DNA from: Mytilus trossulus
Taxonomy: Eukaryota
Assembly (NCBI RefSeq): GCF_036588685.1
Contig: NC_086385.1
Span: 28,233,216-28,297,215, forward strand
Direction of reading: 5' to 3'
Length of the DNA: 64,000 nt
Each line of letters starts with the position of its first letter. Position 1 is the first letter of the stretch. The translations under genes and the position numbers were made by a program. The notes under the pieces are model-generated. The model had not been told where the DNA came from. It saw nothing but the letters and a program-made list of their open reading frames with translations, and did not search any database. This document shows, one piece after another, positions 13,340 to 25,310 of the stretch.

Positions 13340-15615
13340 CAAAATTACTAAGCCAGCTGGAGGACAAACGCACGTGTTTATATTTCTTTTAGAAACGAAC
13401 AAGCTGAAGTTGACATTTAAGAGAAATCTTGTACATCCTTCCTGTTTTCAAGTTTTCGTACAGGGCTTAACCCTTTAACATTCAAGGATTTTTTTACCTT
13501 TTCTTCCCGAATAAAGGATATCTGTTTTCAATCAATTGCACATTTCGATAAAAAGCTCACTCAAAGGACAAGTTAGACTCATCTGATAGATAATTGACCA
13601 AGGTTTCAGGAAAACTTGATTTAAGGAAAATAATTTCTTACGTTGGTCACGTGATATCCTTCAAAAGTTACGTGACATGCTGAATTAAAGTGAGAAAAAT
13701 GTACAATTCAAGCGGAAAAGCGGTTTTACAGACATTTAGTGACAAAAATAGAACATAGTTTTAGTGTTAAATTAATGCATGAACTGATGAAGACTTTCGG
13801 AAACGTTATCGGTGAAAATTTTATACAGAAAGATGCAAAACTTGTCTGATTGGTAGAAATATCAAGACTCGAAACACCGAAAAATAGTGGATTTTTTGAG
13901 AATTTTTGTCATAGTCAAATAAATGGCCCAAGTTTATGTTAAAGATGTGCTATTCATAACTGCTTACAGAATAAGCCTTTAGGAAAGAATTTTGAGTAAA
14001 TATTGAATGAAAATCTGGTATTTTTGAGTGCCCGGGCTAAGAATGTAACAAAAACAGAGAGAGGGGAGAATTTTTTCTTTTTGATGTAAATCATGTATTT
14101 CAGTTGTCTTAATTGAAATTGAAAGTAAAGTAAACTTAAGTTAAGTTAAGTTACATTTAATATAGGAATTTATTTTTTTAAGTTAAGTTAAGTTAAGTTA
14201 AGTTAAGTTACATTTAATATAGGAATTTATTTTGTCATCCTCCGGCAGTGAGGTTTGAACTTAAGTTAAGTTAAGTTACATTTAATATAGGAATTTATTT
14301 TTTCATCCTCCGGCAGTGAGGTTTGAACACGCGATCATCCGGGTGTAAGACTGTGCATCTTTCCACTGAAAAACAGAAACCATTGGAAATCTTATGAAAT
14401 TTAAGCATATAAGTCACCTTCTCTGTAAGACAAGAAATTAATTTTGGTAGAACATAATCAAACTTCGTTTTTTTAAGAAGCTATTTTTTGAAAATTTTTA
14501 TTTTTTGAAGCAAATTTGTAAGAAAGTTATTAAGAAATGTTCGTTTTTTCGTCTATATGTTACTATTTCTATACCTTAGCGATACGATATCCAACACCCT
14601 CATAACCAGACACTAAAGAAACAAAGATTTGTTATTGCTATTCCGACTTGGTTGGCTAACAATTTTTAACACATTTTAGATATTCTCATCTCTTTTGCTA
14701 TAAAAACTGACAAAACAAAACATGAAAATTCCTTGTAATTTGAGTTTGTTTCAGTGTTGATACTCTATGAATCAGATTTTTGTATGTGTATGAGTTTTAC
14801 TTACAGTTTTGATAGTATTCTTGTAAATGATCACGGCACAGTTATCAAAATTGTCATTTTAAAACAAAAAACAGCAACAATTTGTCTTGTGACATTTTGT
14901 GAAAATATTCTATTTAAAAATAGAAATAAAACAGTTTTCCCCCAAAAAAGTCTTGTCAATATAGGGCAAATTGACATAATGCATTGCATTTTGTTGGTTT
15001 CAAACACCAAAAATCAAGTTGGTGGTATACTGATCTTCAATTTGAGCCCACAACCACATATGTACGTCAAAAATTGTCAACGATACAAAACTTCATGCAA
15101 ACTACCCCGCCACAAATTTTGCTTAACGGTCAAATTGACCGGTAGGAACGTTAAAGGGTTAAGGTCTTATCGGATAAATGTTTTTGTCATATTAAAATTT
15201 CCCGTTTTAATAACAACAATTCCCAAATAGTTATATTGTATTATCATCTTAATGTTAGTATCATCGTAAGAAAATCAGAGATGTTTTGGCTTCCGTCCAA
15301 CAAAAGAAAACCACTAAGATTTAATTTTGTCAACTTAACTTTCAAGTTCCAAGCTTACAATACTCATGGAAAGCATTGAGATGAGTCTGCAGGTCCTGTG
15401 CTGTTTCAGCCAACATCACCGTGTCATCTGCAAACAATATAACAAAACACTTAAGATATATATCTAATTCTCTTTCCAGATCTTCTGGTATAGTTCTGTT
15501 AAGTCCTGTAATATTTTTAGTCACTAAGAAATTATTTTAGTCAATCAAAAGTAAATAAAATAGGAAAGATGATAAGTTTTCTCCTTGTCGAACACCATTG
15601 TCACAAGCAAGCAAA
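13340..15615 (-). pseudogene. Non-LTR retrotransposon RT remnant, split by a piggyBac-like insertion
   Basis: Minus strand GVRQGENLSSFLF (~15555-15600), ILFADDTVMLAE (15342-15524 ORF), YNYLGIV (~15215-15238); continues beyond the insertion as ALYENLKTGRMYKISLKCQLQL (~13400-13466). Confidence 0.85.
13471..15158. mobile_element. Non-autonomous piggyBac-type element
   Basis: TTAA|CCCTTTAACATTC ... GAACGTTAAAGGG|TTAA; 12/13 TIR identity and TTAA TSD; interior has (AAGTT)n and short duplications at 14130-14330. Confidence 0.85.
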
Positions 15616-16169
15616 GTATTCCGAAATATAATTACCACCGTGTATCATCGGTACAGCGGATATAGCTTTATAGGTACTTCGAAGCGTGAAAAACTATATA
15701 TCGTACATTCATTTAACTATGCACCGTACGGAAGGATTTATGTGGTCAGCTATACACAACGCTTCTTGCTGGAATAAAATATCGAAACATAACATAGGTA
15801 TAAAATATTTCAATGCCAATTATTGAAACAGCTATACTTATTACGTACAAACAGTGGCCTTCTATCATAAAAAGAGTTGCAATGAATATAGAATCATATC
15901 GGATGAGACGAGCGCCAACTTCTTTGACAAATATTTGCACATGTTTTTAGTAAGGGTTCTTGTTTTGGGCAAATAGTGAGACTTCTCTAATCACAAACCT
16001 ACGACCAAATCATTTCTTAAAACAACAAATGTTTAGATTAGAGTACACATTGATATAATGTAAACAAAACAAAGATTTTTGTACCGTGTCAGACGAAAAA
16101 TCGATCACGACCCCTTGGTTAGTACCTTTATCTATGGAACGCCATGACTGCCTTATGTTAATGATCAGC

Positions 16170-16680
16170 ATTATATTCAGTGCTCACAACATTATATTAA
16201 GTGTTCACACCATTATATGCAGTGCTCACAACATTATATAAAGTGCTCACAACATTATATTAGAAGCTCACAACATTATATTAAGTGCTCACAACATTAT
16301 ATTAAGTGCTCACACCATTATATAAAGTGCTCACAACATTATATGCAGTGCTCACAACATTATATTAAGTGCTCGCAACATTATATTAAGTGCTCACAAC
16401 ATTATACTAAGGAATCACACCATTATATAAAGTGCTCACAACATTATATGCAGTGCTCACACCATTATATACAGAGCTCACAGCATTATCTGCAGTGTTC
16501 ACACCATTATATTAAGTGCTCACATCATTATATTAAGTGCTCACAACATTATACGCAGTGGTCCAAACATTATATGCAGTGATCACAACATTATATGAAG
16601 TGCTCACAACATTATATGAAGTGCTCACAACATTATATGAAGTGCTCACAACATTATATGAAGTGCTCACAACATTATAC
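16170..16680 (+). repeat. 21-bp tandem array, left arm of B (about 24 units)
   Basis: Unit ATTATATTAAGTGCTCACAAC. Confidence 0.95.
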
Positions 16681-17788
16681 GTTTTTTGTTGTATGATGAG
16701 ATTGATGTATGATGAGATAAATGAATGATGAGATCATTCGGTAAACTTCGTTTTTTAGCGGAAATTACCGAATCCATAATTGGTAAATTACGGTAATGTC
16801 CAGCAAACAAATTTAAACAGTTATTAAAGTCATGTTATCATAAGGCATTATACAATATTTAAAACTGATTGAAATAAGTAAGGAAAAGATGAAACTAAGA
16901 AAAACGATTGGCAAAATGTAAGTTAAATAATAAAAAGTTTATTTAATGAAATATCGAATGAAAATTTGTATGATATGTTCCTCGAGTTTATTTCCTACTG
17001 AAGAACTTTAGCAAGGTACCACTTTATAGTCCGTACTCATTTTTAAAAAGCTTTAATTATTACCTTTTAAATAAAACAGTCAGCTTTCTATAACACATAA
17101 GTGCCATATTACGCTAGCTTATATATGTCATGATAGTCATTTTTGGCAACGATTTTCAGAATTTGACAATTTTACATGATAAGTATCTAACAGATATGGA
17201 AAATGCAGTTTAAAGCATTTCAACTTTACATCAATTATTCCAATTTTTTACAAGCTTTTAAGCACGCCAAGTGCTATGTCTTCTAAATATGATCAGCAGT
17301 CTTATATAGAAATATAAACTTTCATAAGAAAAATTTACCCTTTCAAGACCCAGTTAAACATTTTCATTTAAAGTTATCAGCTCTTATGAAAACTGAGTGT
17401 GTGGGGATGAATAAAACGTTTACTACGTTTGTTCGTCAGTTTGCACGTTTAATATACATACATGTATATAAAAAAATTGGTATGCTTGCCAATGAAACAA
17501 CTTTCCACAAGAGACAAAATGACATCACAGAAATTAACAACCAAACGGCCACAGTACGGCCTTCAACAATGAGCAAAGTTACTGACAGCTAGTTCAAAGC
17601 CACTAACAACTAATAAAAAAAAACATGCATCTGAGTTTTGCATTTACATAAAGATTGAAACAAACTGTGAGTAAAAAAGAATGATTTACTATTATTGGAT
17701 AGTAACGATTGTCCATGAAAAAAGAGTCATTTTCAATGCTCTTCAACTTTGTACTTGTTTGGATTTATAAAACATATTTTGACATGAG

Positions 17789-17829
17789 CGTCACTGATGA
17801 GTCTTATGTAGACGAAACAACATCTGGCG
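17789..17829 (+). ncRNA. Degenerate type I hammerhead ribozyme motif (retrozyme/PLE-associated)
   Basis: cgtca-CTGATGA-gtct(tatgt)agac-GAAA-caaca-TC-tggcg: core boxes, stem II and stem I present; stem III damaged. Confidence 0.7.
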
Positions 17830-18799
17830 AACTAAATTATAATCCTGGTACCTTTGATAATTACTTGACCTAAATTAATTCTGGTTAAGTAACATTAAGA
17901 TACAAAATATAATCAACTACAAGTCATAGAAGAATAATATCTTTTAGATCGCACTTCCTTGATAACAATGGACCTCGAAAAAAGATTCAAATTTGTGTTT
18001 AGGTCCAGATGTTAGCAACAACACATAAAAGAGGAATGCAATTTGTTGCTGAGCGCTCCTTTGATTTTATTTTAAGTCCACACAATTTTATTTATTTTTT
18101 AACAGAAGCACAAAAAAAAACGATACAAGTTATTATGTCAATATATAATTGTAATATAATTATATTAATGGAGAACTTCTAAATCTAGTATTGTTTTACT
18201 GTGAATTCTTCTCGTTGTTGTTATTGGCGTTCTAATCCTTCCCACATACAAGCTTGTCTAAAGTCTGTTTTTTTTTGTTATTTTTGCTACCAATTTTTTT
18301 CCATATCCCAGGTTAGGATCAATGTAAAAGGTTGAAAATTTCATATCTGAGTATTTTTTTCGTTATCTGGAAAGTTACTTTTGACGACGCATCTTGATTG
18401 TTTATGTAGGGCTTCTTTCTCATGGATAGGGATCACTCACGGGGAAAAAATGGAAAATTTTCGAAACTAATTTGACTTTTATGTAAGCAAAGTCCGAATT
18501 ATATTATTAAAAGAATTTAAATTCACAAACTAGTTATTTTGCACCAAACATTGCTAGGACATGCCTTTTTAAAATATGATTGAAAATATTATATGTTTAA
18601 GTAAAATTATATTTGCAATTGCTGACCAACGTTGATAATTAAAAATATGCAATGAACAGTATACTTCTGACAGATATTTGGTTCTCCTTGAAAAATACTG
18701 GGTTATAACATATCTTAATCACAATCCCTAGTAAACTGAATATATTTATTCAGAAATGCACAATATATAATTTTTCTGTGTATAAATCTACATGTTTTA

Positions 18800-20320
18800 C
18801 TACGACTGCAAAAAAAAATGAAAAAAAATGGTCGTATATTGCTATCACGTCGTCGTCGTCAGCGTCGCCGAAGACAGATGTTTTCCAGATAATAACTTTT
18901 GTATAAGTAAAAAAAAATCAATAAAATTTTAACACAAGTTTTATGACTGTTCCAGACCGTATGAGTATTTGGACCGTACGCGTACGGTCCGGACCGTATA
19001 CGTATACTCGTATGGTCCGACCATACGCGTACGGTTGGACCGTATGCGTATACGCGTATGGTCCAGTACGAGCTGACCATACATGTTATTGTTAATTGGT
19101 TAAATTTAAACAAACATTTATCACAATCTTTATTTTTATTTTTATAAATTGTTATTATTACAATTAGATGGATAAAATAAACAAATGAACAAGTGAAATT
19201 AAATATTTGTTTAATTGTATATCTGAATCCTATGTTGGTACTCTCGGCCAAGCTACCACAAGTAATGTAATATAGTTTACATTTACATGTTTGCAGTTCA
19301 TTCATGTTCCTTTGCATTTGCAGTTCATTCATGTTCCTTTGCATTTGCAGTTCATTCATGTTCCTTTGCATTTGCAGTTTTTGTAAAGTTTCTAATATTC
19401 TAAACAATTGTCCTCCCACATTAATGCTTACTTCCGATATCGTCAAATTCAATGATCATCATTCAATTAATGTATTACTGATCAACATGCTAAAAACTAG
19501 ATATTAACAGATTTAATTAGCGTGAATTTTTTAAATACATGTATTAAAAAATAAAGTTTTTATTTCAATTACAATTGAACTTTTCCATATTAATTTGAGA
19601 GTTAAGTTATTTTGATCTGTTACATATTAATCGGACCGTACGCATACGGTCCGACCGTATGAGTATTTTGAAAAAGTACGCATACGGTCCAGACCGTACG
19701 CGTACGGTCCAAATACTCATACAGTCTGGAACATAACCACTAAAGAAAGGTTGGGATTGATTTGGGGGGTTATGGTCTTAACTGTTTAGGAATTAGGGGC
19801 CAAAAAGGGGGTCGAAATAAACAGTTTTTGTAGTTTCCAGTCATTAAGTGTATGAATCTCTCTGAAATTTTACCACAAATTTCCAAACTACAAAAGAGAT
19901 GGTTATGATTTGCTCGGAGGGGTAGGTGGGGGAGGTGTTATGGCTCAAACCGTTTCGAAATTAAAGGCAGAAAAAGGGAAAAACAAGGGTTTCTTGGTTA
20001 AAGGTCAATTAAGACAATTCGAAACCAGTGTAAGGAAGGTAATCCAAATATATTGAGGTAATCCAGACATGTTTGATTACCTCCCTTACACTGCTTTAAA
20101 ATTATGTGTGAAGATTTTTTTTCTCCCATATCAGATTTCAGAAATAAAAAAGAAAAAAGTGGGGGATACATTTTTTTTTCTTGAGGATGGGGTCAGTATG
20201 CAACAGCATAGTATATTGCACAAAACAAACAAAAAATGAGGGTATTTTTTAAATTTTGGAGGGGGTCGGGCTATTCGCAACAGCGTAGTGCAAAAGCAAA
20301 AAATTAAGTATAAATTCAAA
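18800..20320 (-). mobile_element. Helentron-associated (HINE-like) non-autonomous element
   Basis: Terminal acgac..gtcgt hairpin followed by a (GTC)n microsatellite, then a degenerate core repeat (gttttccag..taa at 18880 and 19832); interrupted by a Ginger-like MITE. Confidence 0.5.
18948..19733. mobile_element. Ginger-like MITE with subterminal palindromes
   Basis: TGTTCCAGAC...GTCTGGAACA TIRs over 40 bp; 4-bp TSD TGAC/TAAC; repeated GGACCGTACGCGTACGGTCC palindrome; internal 27-bp x3 repeat at 19287-19378. Confidence 0.8.
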
Positions 20321-20694
20321 TTATGGTGTAACTGATCCTCAAAATAAATTTAAAATGCCCTGCATGGTGTGGAATAAATTTGTGTTAAATTGATCATACT
20401 TCTTAACTTACTTATTTCAATCAGTTTTAAATATTGTTATAGATGATAGTTAAAGGCAACGATATTACAACAACTGTTCAGCCATTACATTTACAAATTA
20501 TAATCTCAACAATTGTATACTGCCTTAACATGATAACATATAACAATAACTGTTTAAATTTGTTTGCTGGGCATTAATTTACCGTAATTTACCAATTATG
20601 GATTCGGTAATTTCCGCTAAAAAACGAAGTTTACCGAATGATCTCATCATTCATTTATCTCATCATACATCAATCTCATCATACAACAAAAAAC

Positions 20695-21290
20695 GTATAA
20701 TGTTGTGAGCACTTCATATAATGTTGTGAGCACTTCATATAATGTTGTGATCACTGCATATAATGTTTGGACCACTGCGTATAATGTTGTGAGGACTTAA
20801 TATAATGTTGTGAGCACTTAATATAATGTTGTGAGCACTTAATATAATGTTGTGAGCACTTAATATAATGTTGTGAGCACTTAATATAATGGTGTGAACG
20901 CTGCACATAATGCTGTGAGCTCTGCATATAATGTTTGGACCACTGCGTATAATGTTGTGACCACTTAATATAATGTTGTGAGCACTTAATATAATGGTGT
21001 GAACACTGCACATAATGCTGTGAGCTCTGTGTATAATGTTGTGAGCACTGCATATAATGTTGTGAGCACTTTATATAATTTTGTGAGCCCTTAATATAAT
21101 GTTGCGAGCACTTAATATAATGTTGTGAGCACTGCATATAAGGTTGTGAGCACTTTATATAATGGTGTGAGCACTTAATATAATGTTGTGAGCACTTAAT
21201 ATAATGTTGTGAGCACTTTATATAATGTTGTGAGCACTGCATATAATGGTGTGAACACTTAATATAATGTTGTGAGCACTGAATATAATG
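20695..21290 (-). repeat. 21-bp tandem array, right arm of B (about 28 units)
   Basis: Reverse complement of the 16170-16680 array. Confidence 0.95.
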
Positions 21291-22166
21291 CTGATCATTA
21301 ACATAAGGCAGTCATAGCGTTCCATATTTATCCGCTTTACCGATGATACACGTAGATGCCAGCGAGTGGCCACGTGTTGAAACAAAGAGTGATGACACAG
21401 TAATAAGGTGGACACAGTAATGAGAAGCTAAGGTTATTGCTTTTTATTCTATTTGTTTTAAAGTAGACAAAAAGAGGAACAAATGCAAAAGACGGTCGTC
21501 ACTCCATTCATCTCGGTTGGAAAATAAAAATATTTAATACCCTAAATTTGAAAAAGTGTGGCAAAGTGTGATTTTCAGTGTTTTCCCCCTTTTAACTCAA
21601 TAACTGTATCCTCTACGTAAAATCCGTTGCTATTAACGAAAAGGATCAAAATAAGTACCACAATGGGGAAAATCCGATCTAATCGGACGTAAAATTAAAT
21701 CTAAAATACTTCATCAGGAATCAACCCCTTGTATCTCAGAAATCGTTTACGCTACTCAAAATATGTTGACATACTAGTACTCATGTTTCAAAATTTTACT
21801 CGCAATTAAAAAATCTCCATTAAAATAAGTTGAAAATAAACAATCTGTTCATGCAAATATGTGCTCATTGTAAACCGTACGGTGACCTATAGTTATTAAT
21901 TCATGTGTCATTTGGTCTGTTGTGGAGAGTTGTCTCATTAGCAAAAATACCAATTTTTCTTTTTTTATAATACCCACATAGCCATTTCGCATTTTGCGAG
22001 CACTACGTCGACTAAGCTTGCGGTCTTCGAAATTGGGTAAATATTTTCTCAGATAATTGGCGTTTTCTGTGGAAAAGAAGATTGGTTCAAAGACAAATTA
22101 AAAATAAAAAACACTGCATGTAAACGTCATATATTTCCGACTTTGTATGGTTTAAGAGGAGTTGAA

Positions 22167-22197
<31 letters not shown>

Positions 22198-22814
22198 CAT
22201 AGATTATATAATATACTTGATTTAATATCATTGTACATATTCAATACTACATTATACAACTTACCATTTACAGATTAATATTATCCAATAACATTTTATA
22301 AAACAAACCATCTCGTTATATTATGCATCAGTAGATAATTTTATAGCTATTGTTATGAAACATCTTTGAAACTGACTGTGATTTCAATGGTGTCTTTTGC
22401 AATGAATAGAAATAAGAAGATGTGGTATGAGAGCCACTGAGACAACTCTCCATCCAAGTCATAATTTGTAAGAGGAAACAATTATAGGTCAAAGTACGAC
22501 ATTCAACACGGAGCCTATGCTTAAACCGAATAGCAAGCTATAAAGAGCTCTTAAATTTGTTTTTCATTTTCTCAACAGCCGGGAATTTCTTCAACTAGCT
22601 CCTGTATTAACTGATCTTAATCTTCAACCGAAATGTTTAAAACGTTGATTTTGTTAAATTGCTTTGTCTCATTTTCCCTATAAATTGCACTTTCGCTAGC
22701 GATAGACACATATTTGAGCCGGGTAAATAGTTTACAGAAGCAGATGGGAATCAGTTATGAGGTAGACAATAATCATTCAAATCGTAATCATGTTCATTGA
22801 CCATACCGACGATG

Positions 22815-23545
22815 AAAGCACATCATATAATGAAGTGAACCTAACCAAACCATATGAGATTACAAGCACATAATATAATGACACAACCACATCATATAAA
22901 GATGTTTGCACGTAATATAAGGGAAACTGCACATCATATAAATTAATGATATGTACACATCATATAAGGATCTTTGTACATCATATAAGTACCGTATAGC
23001 GGGTTATTTTCGCGGGGTGCAAATTTTCGCTTATTTTCGCGGATAGAACAAAATCGCCAAAATAAGTTCCGCCAAATTAAAGGTGTACATACAAAGGAAT
23101 TAATACAAGTTTTTAATCCGCCAAAATAATAACCGCCAAAATATTTCGTATACCTTGTTCAATAAAAATCGCGAAATTTTACACCCGCGAAAATAACCCG
23201 CTATACGGTATATTTGCACATCATATAAGTACATTTGCACATCATATAATATGGTTGCACATCAAGTAAGAATGTTTGCACATCATATAAGTATATTTGC
23301 ACATCAAATAAGTATATTTTCACATCATATAAGTATATATGCACATCATGTAAGTATGTTTGCACATAATATAATGATGTTTGCACATCATATAAGGATA
23401 TTTGCACATCATATAAGGATATGTGCACATCATATAAAGGTATTTGCACATCATATAATGACAAGTGCACATCATATAAAGGTAAAAGCACAGCATATAA
23501 AGGTAAATGCACATCATATAAAGGCAAATGCACATCATATAATGA
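22815..23545 (-). repeat. 21-bp tandem array, right arm of A
   Basis: Reverse complement of the 8020-9740 array; unit about GCACATCATATAAGTATATTT. Confidence 0.9.
22992..23208. mobile_element. Tc1/mariner/pogo-type MITE inserted in the A array
   Basis: TA|CCGTATAGCGGGTTATTTTCGCGGG ... CCCGCGAAAATAACCCGCTATACGG|TA; removing it and one TA restores a 21-bp unit. Confidence 0.9.
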
Positions 23546-24094
23546 AAATGGTCATAACAAGACAGTGTTGGCGTTCCATAAAAATGACCTGTGGCAGGTC
23601 ATTATGTTATCCTGATTGAAAAACTACTTTAACTGTTTGTTAATAGATATAATTTCTTTTTATTTTACATAAAATCATAACGAAAAGTTGAAAGAAAGGT
23701 TACAAGTCACAGATTTTTTGTAACTCTCAATTTTTGTGTATTGCACCGCATATTCAACATCAGAATACAAGAAATAAAATGATATTCAAAATTTAGAGAA
23801 GTAACTCAAGCATGACGGACATACAGACGATCGGACGAGTAATGGTAGATCTGACTACCCGAAATATCGTGGTCGTGACAGATACAATCCTTTATCTTAA
23901 TAATAAGTTTGCTGATGTCTCTGTTCTAACATAATTATACATGTTTCTTACAATCATCAGTTCTCTATTAAAGTACTTGAAAATAACTGGTGAAAAGAAC
24001 AGACAAGGAATACCTTCGTGGTTTTTTTTTTATTCCATTTTGTGTTGGATAAATATGAATATTGAAAACAAAAGACTAGAAATTACAATGTTTC

Positions 24095-25310
24095 ATTCTA
24101 TTATAATTATATCATCTGTTGTTTCGGTAACACGTTGTTCTTCTATGCCAGCATTAAAAAGGCATGTTGCTGAAGATGTTCGGAGGCTATGGTTTGTACG
24201 TTTTCCTGTCAGTCCAATATTTGTGCACAACCGTTTCAAAGTGGCTTGTAAAGTGTTGTGTCCAATAGGATTGTTGCTATGTCATTGTCCATCTTTGATA
24301 TTCTTAAAGGTGTAAGGTAGAAACAATACTTTCCTCCATTAGCTGGACTGAAATAAAAGAAAACTTTATGTAAAATTTCACTTCAAACACATATAATGTA
24401 GTAATGTAACGGTGATTTTAATTATGGGTAAATTACAGTTAATTTCTTATTGCTTGTGAAGTAACACTTTGGCTGGTTTACTTACTTTGTTTGTATACAT
24501 GTAAGCTGAAGCATTGTATTAAAGATTGACATCTGCAATCAATATAGCATTATTAAACAAGCATATATTTAAATTTGATTGAAAGTTATCCCAACTACAA
24601 TTGTTAATATATATAAACCAAGCAAACAAGATAACCAAAGTAATACCCTGCATGCATGAGGAAATAAGCTGTAAAAGGAAATTCTGTTAGATTAGATCAA
24701 CAAATATTTCAGACTTTATCATATTCATTGAAGCACGATGAAGCACGATGAGAAGATATATTAAAGAAAACAGTATGAAATCCTGTGGATTCGTATTGGA
24801 AAATGTAATGCAACATATAAGGAAATCGGCATAGAGGCGGCACTAAATTAGGGGGGGTACCACTTGCGTTGTCATGTTTTTACCTATTAGTTTGAATGTC
24901 CCTCTGGTATCTTTCTCCCCTTTTCTATCTTCATTTTAACGTACACGAAATACCATTTGTCGGGTTTTTTATTAGTAAGTGTTGAAAAGTGTTAACGCGT
25001 TAAATAACAACCCCCTTTTTTATAAAGTTGATAATAAATAATAAGTTACTTACCAAAGTTACTTGTACTTTTGAATTTCAAATACTGTTACAATACATTT
25101 ATTTCTGTTTCCTGGGTTTTTAAATGGTCGGACACATTTTGGAACAAATTTTCTGTACTTAATGCCACCTGTGTTAACTTTTGAAACATCCTCTTTGTAC
25201 AACATGTACAACAGGTATCTTAATTTAGCATCCTTATCTTGAAAACGTCACGGGGCCAGTTATTTGCGGATTGGAATTAAGTCTGAGTAGTCGGTGTTCA
25301 GTGCCTCCCC
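24095..25310 (-). pseudogene. Crypton-type tyrosine recombinase (DUF3504-like) remnant, two exons
   Basis: Exon 25310-25054: GGTEHRLL..KEDVSKVNTGGIKYRKFVPKCV..NRNKCIV. GT-AG intron 25053-24348. Exon 24347-~24095: FYLTPL..PIGHNTLQATLKRLC..GLTGKRTNHSLRTSSATCLFNAGIEEQ. Stops and frameshifts present. Confidence 0.85.

Larger units (their letters stand above)
16133..21326. mobile_element. Element B: 5.2-kb foldback-like DNA transposon, IS3EU-like ends, nested in A
   Basis: Ends TATGGAACGCCATGACTGCC and GGCAGTCATAGCGTTCCATA; arms 16133-16881 and 20407-21326; exact 6-bp TSD TTTATC at 16127-16132 and 21327-21332. Confidence 0.9.
7984..23580. mobile_element. Element A: 15.6-kb non-autonomous foldback-like DNA transposon, IS3EU-like ends
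   Basis: Ends TACGGAACGCCAACACTGTC and GACAGTGTTGGCGTTCCATA; inverted arms 7984-~9876 and ~22691-23580; exact 6-bp TSD AAAATG at 7978-7983 and 23581-23586. Confidence 0.85.

Noticed and set aside
13780-13812. Second hammerhead candidate ctgatgaagactttcggaaac
   Set aside because: No proper stem II or stem I pairing around the core.
16133-21326. Large inverted arms as assembly artefacts
   Set aside because: The arms differ in array length, indels and nested insertions and are bounded by exact TSDs, which a mis-join would not create.
8007-23619. His/Cys/Met/Tyr heptad ORFs (e.g. CSQHYIK, MMFAHHI) as metal-binding or byssal proteins
   Set aside because: They are translations of 21-bp transposon arm arrays, open in several frames on both strands and interrupted by insertions.
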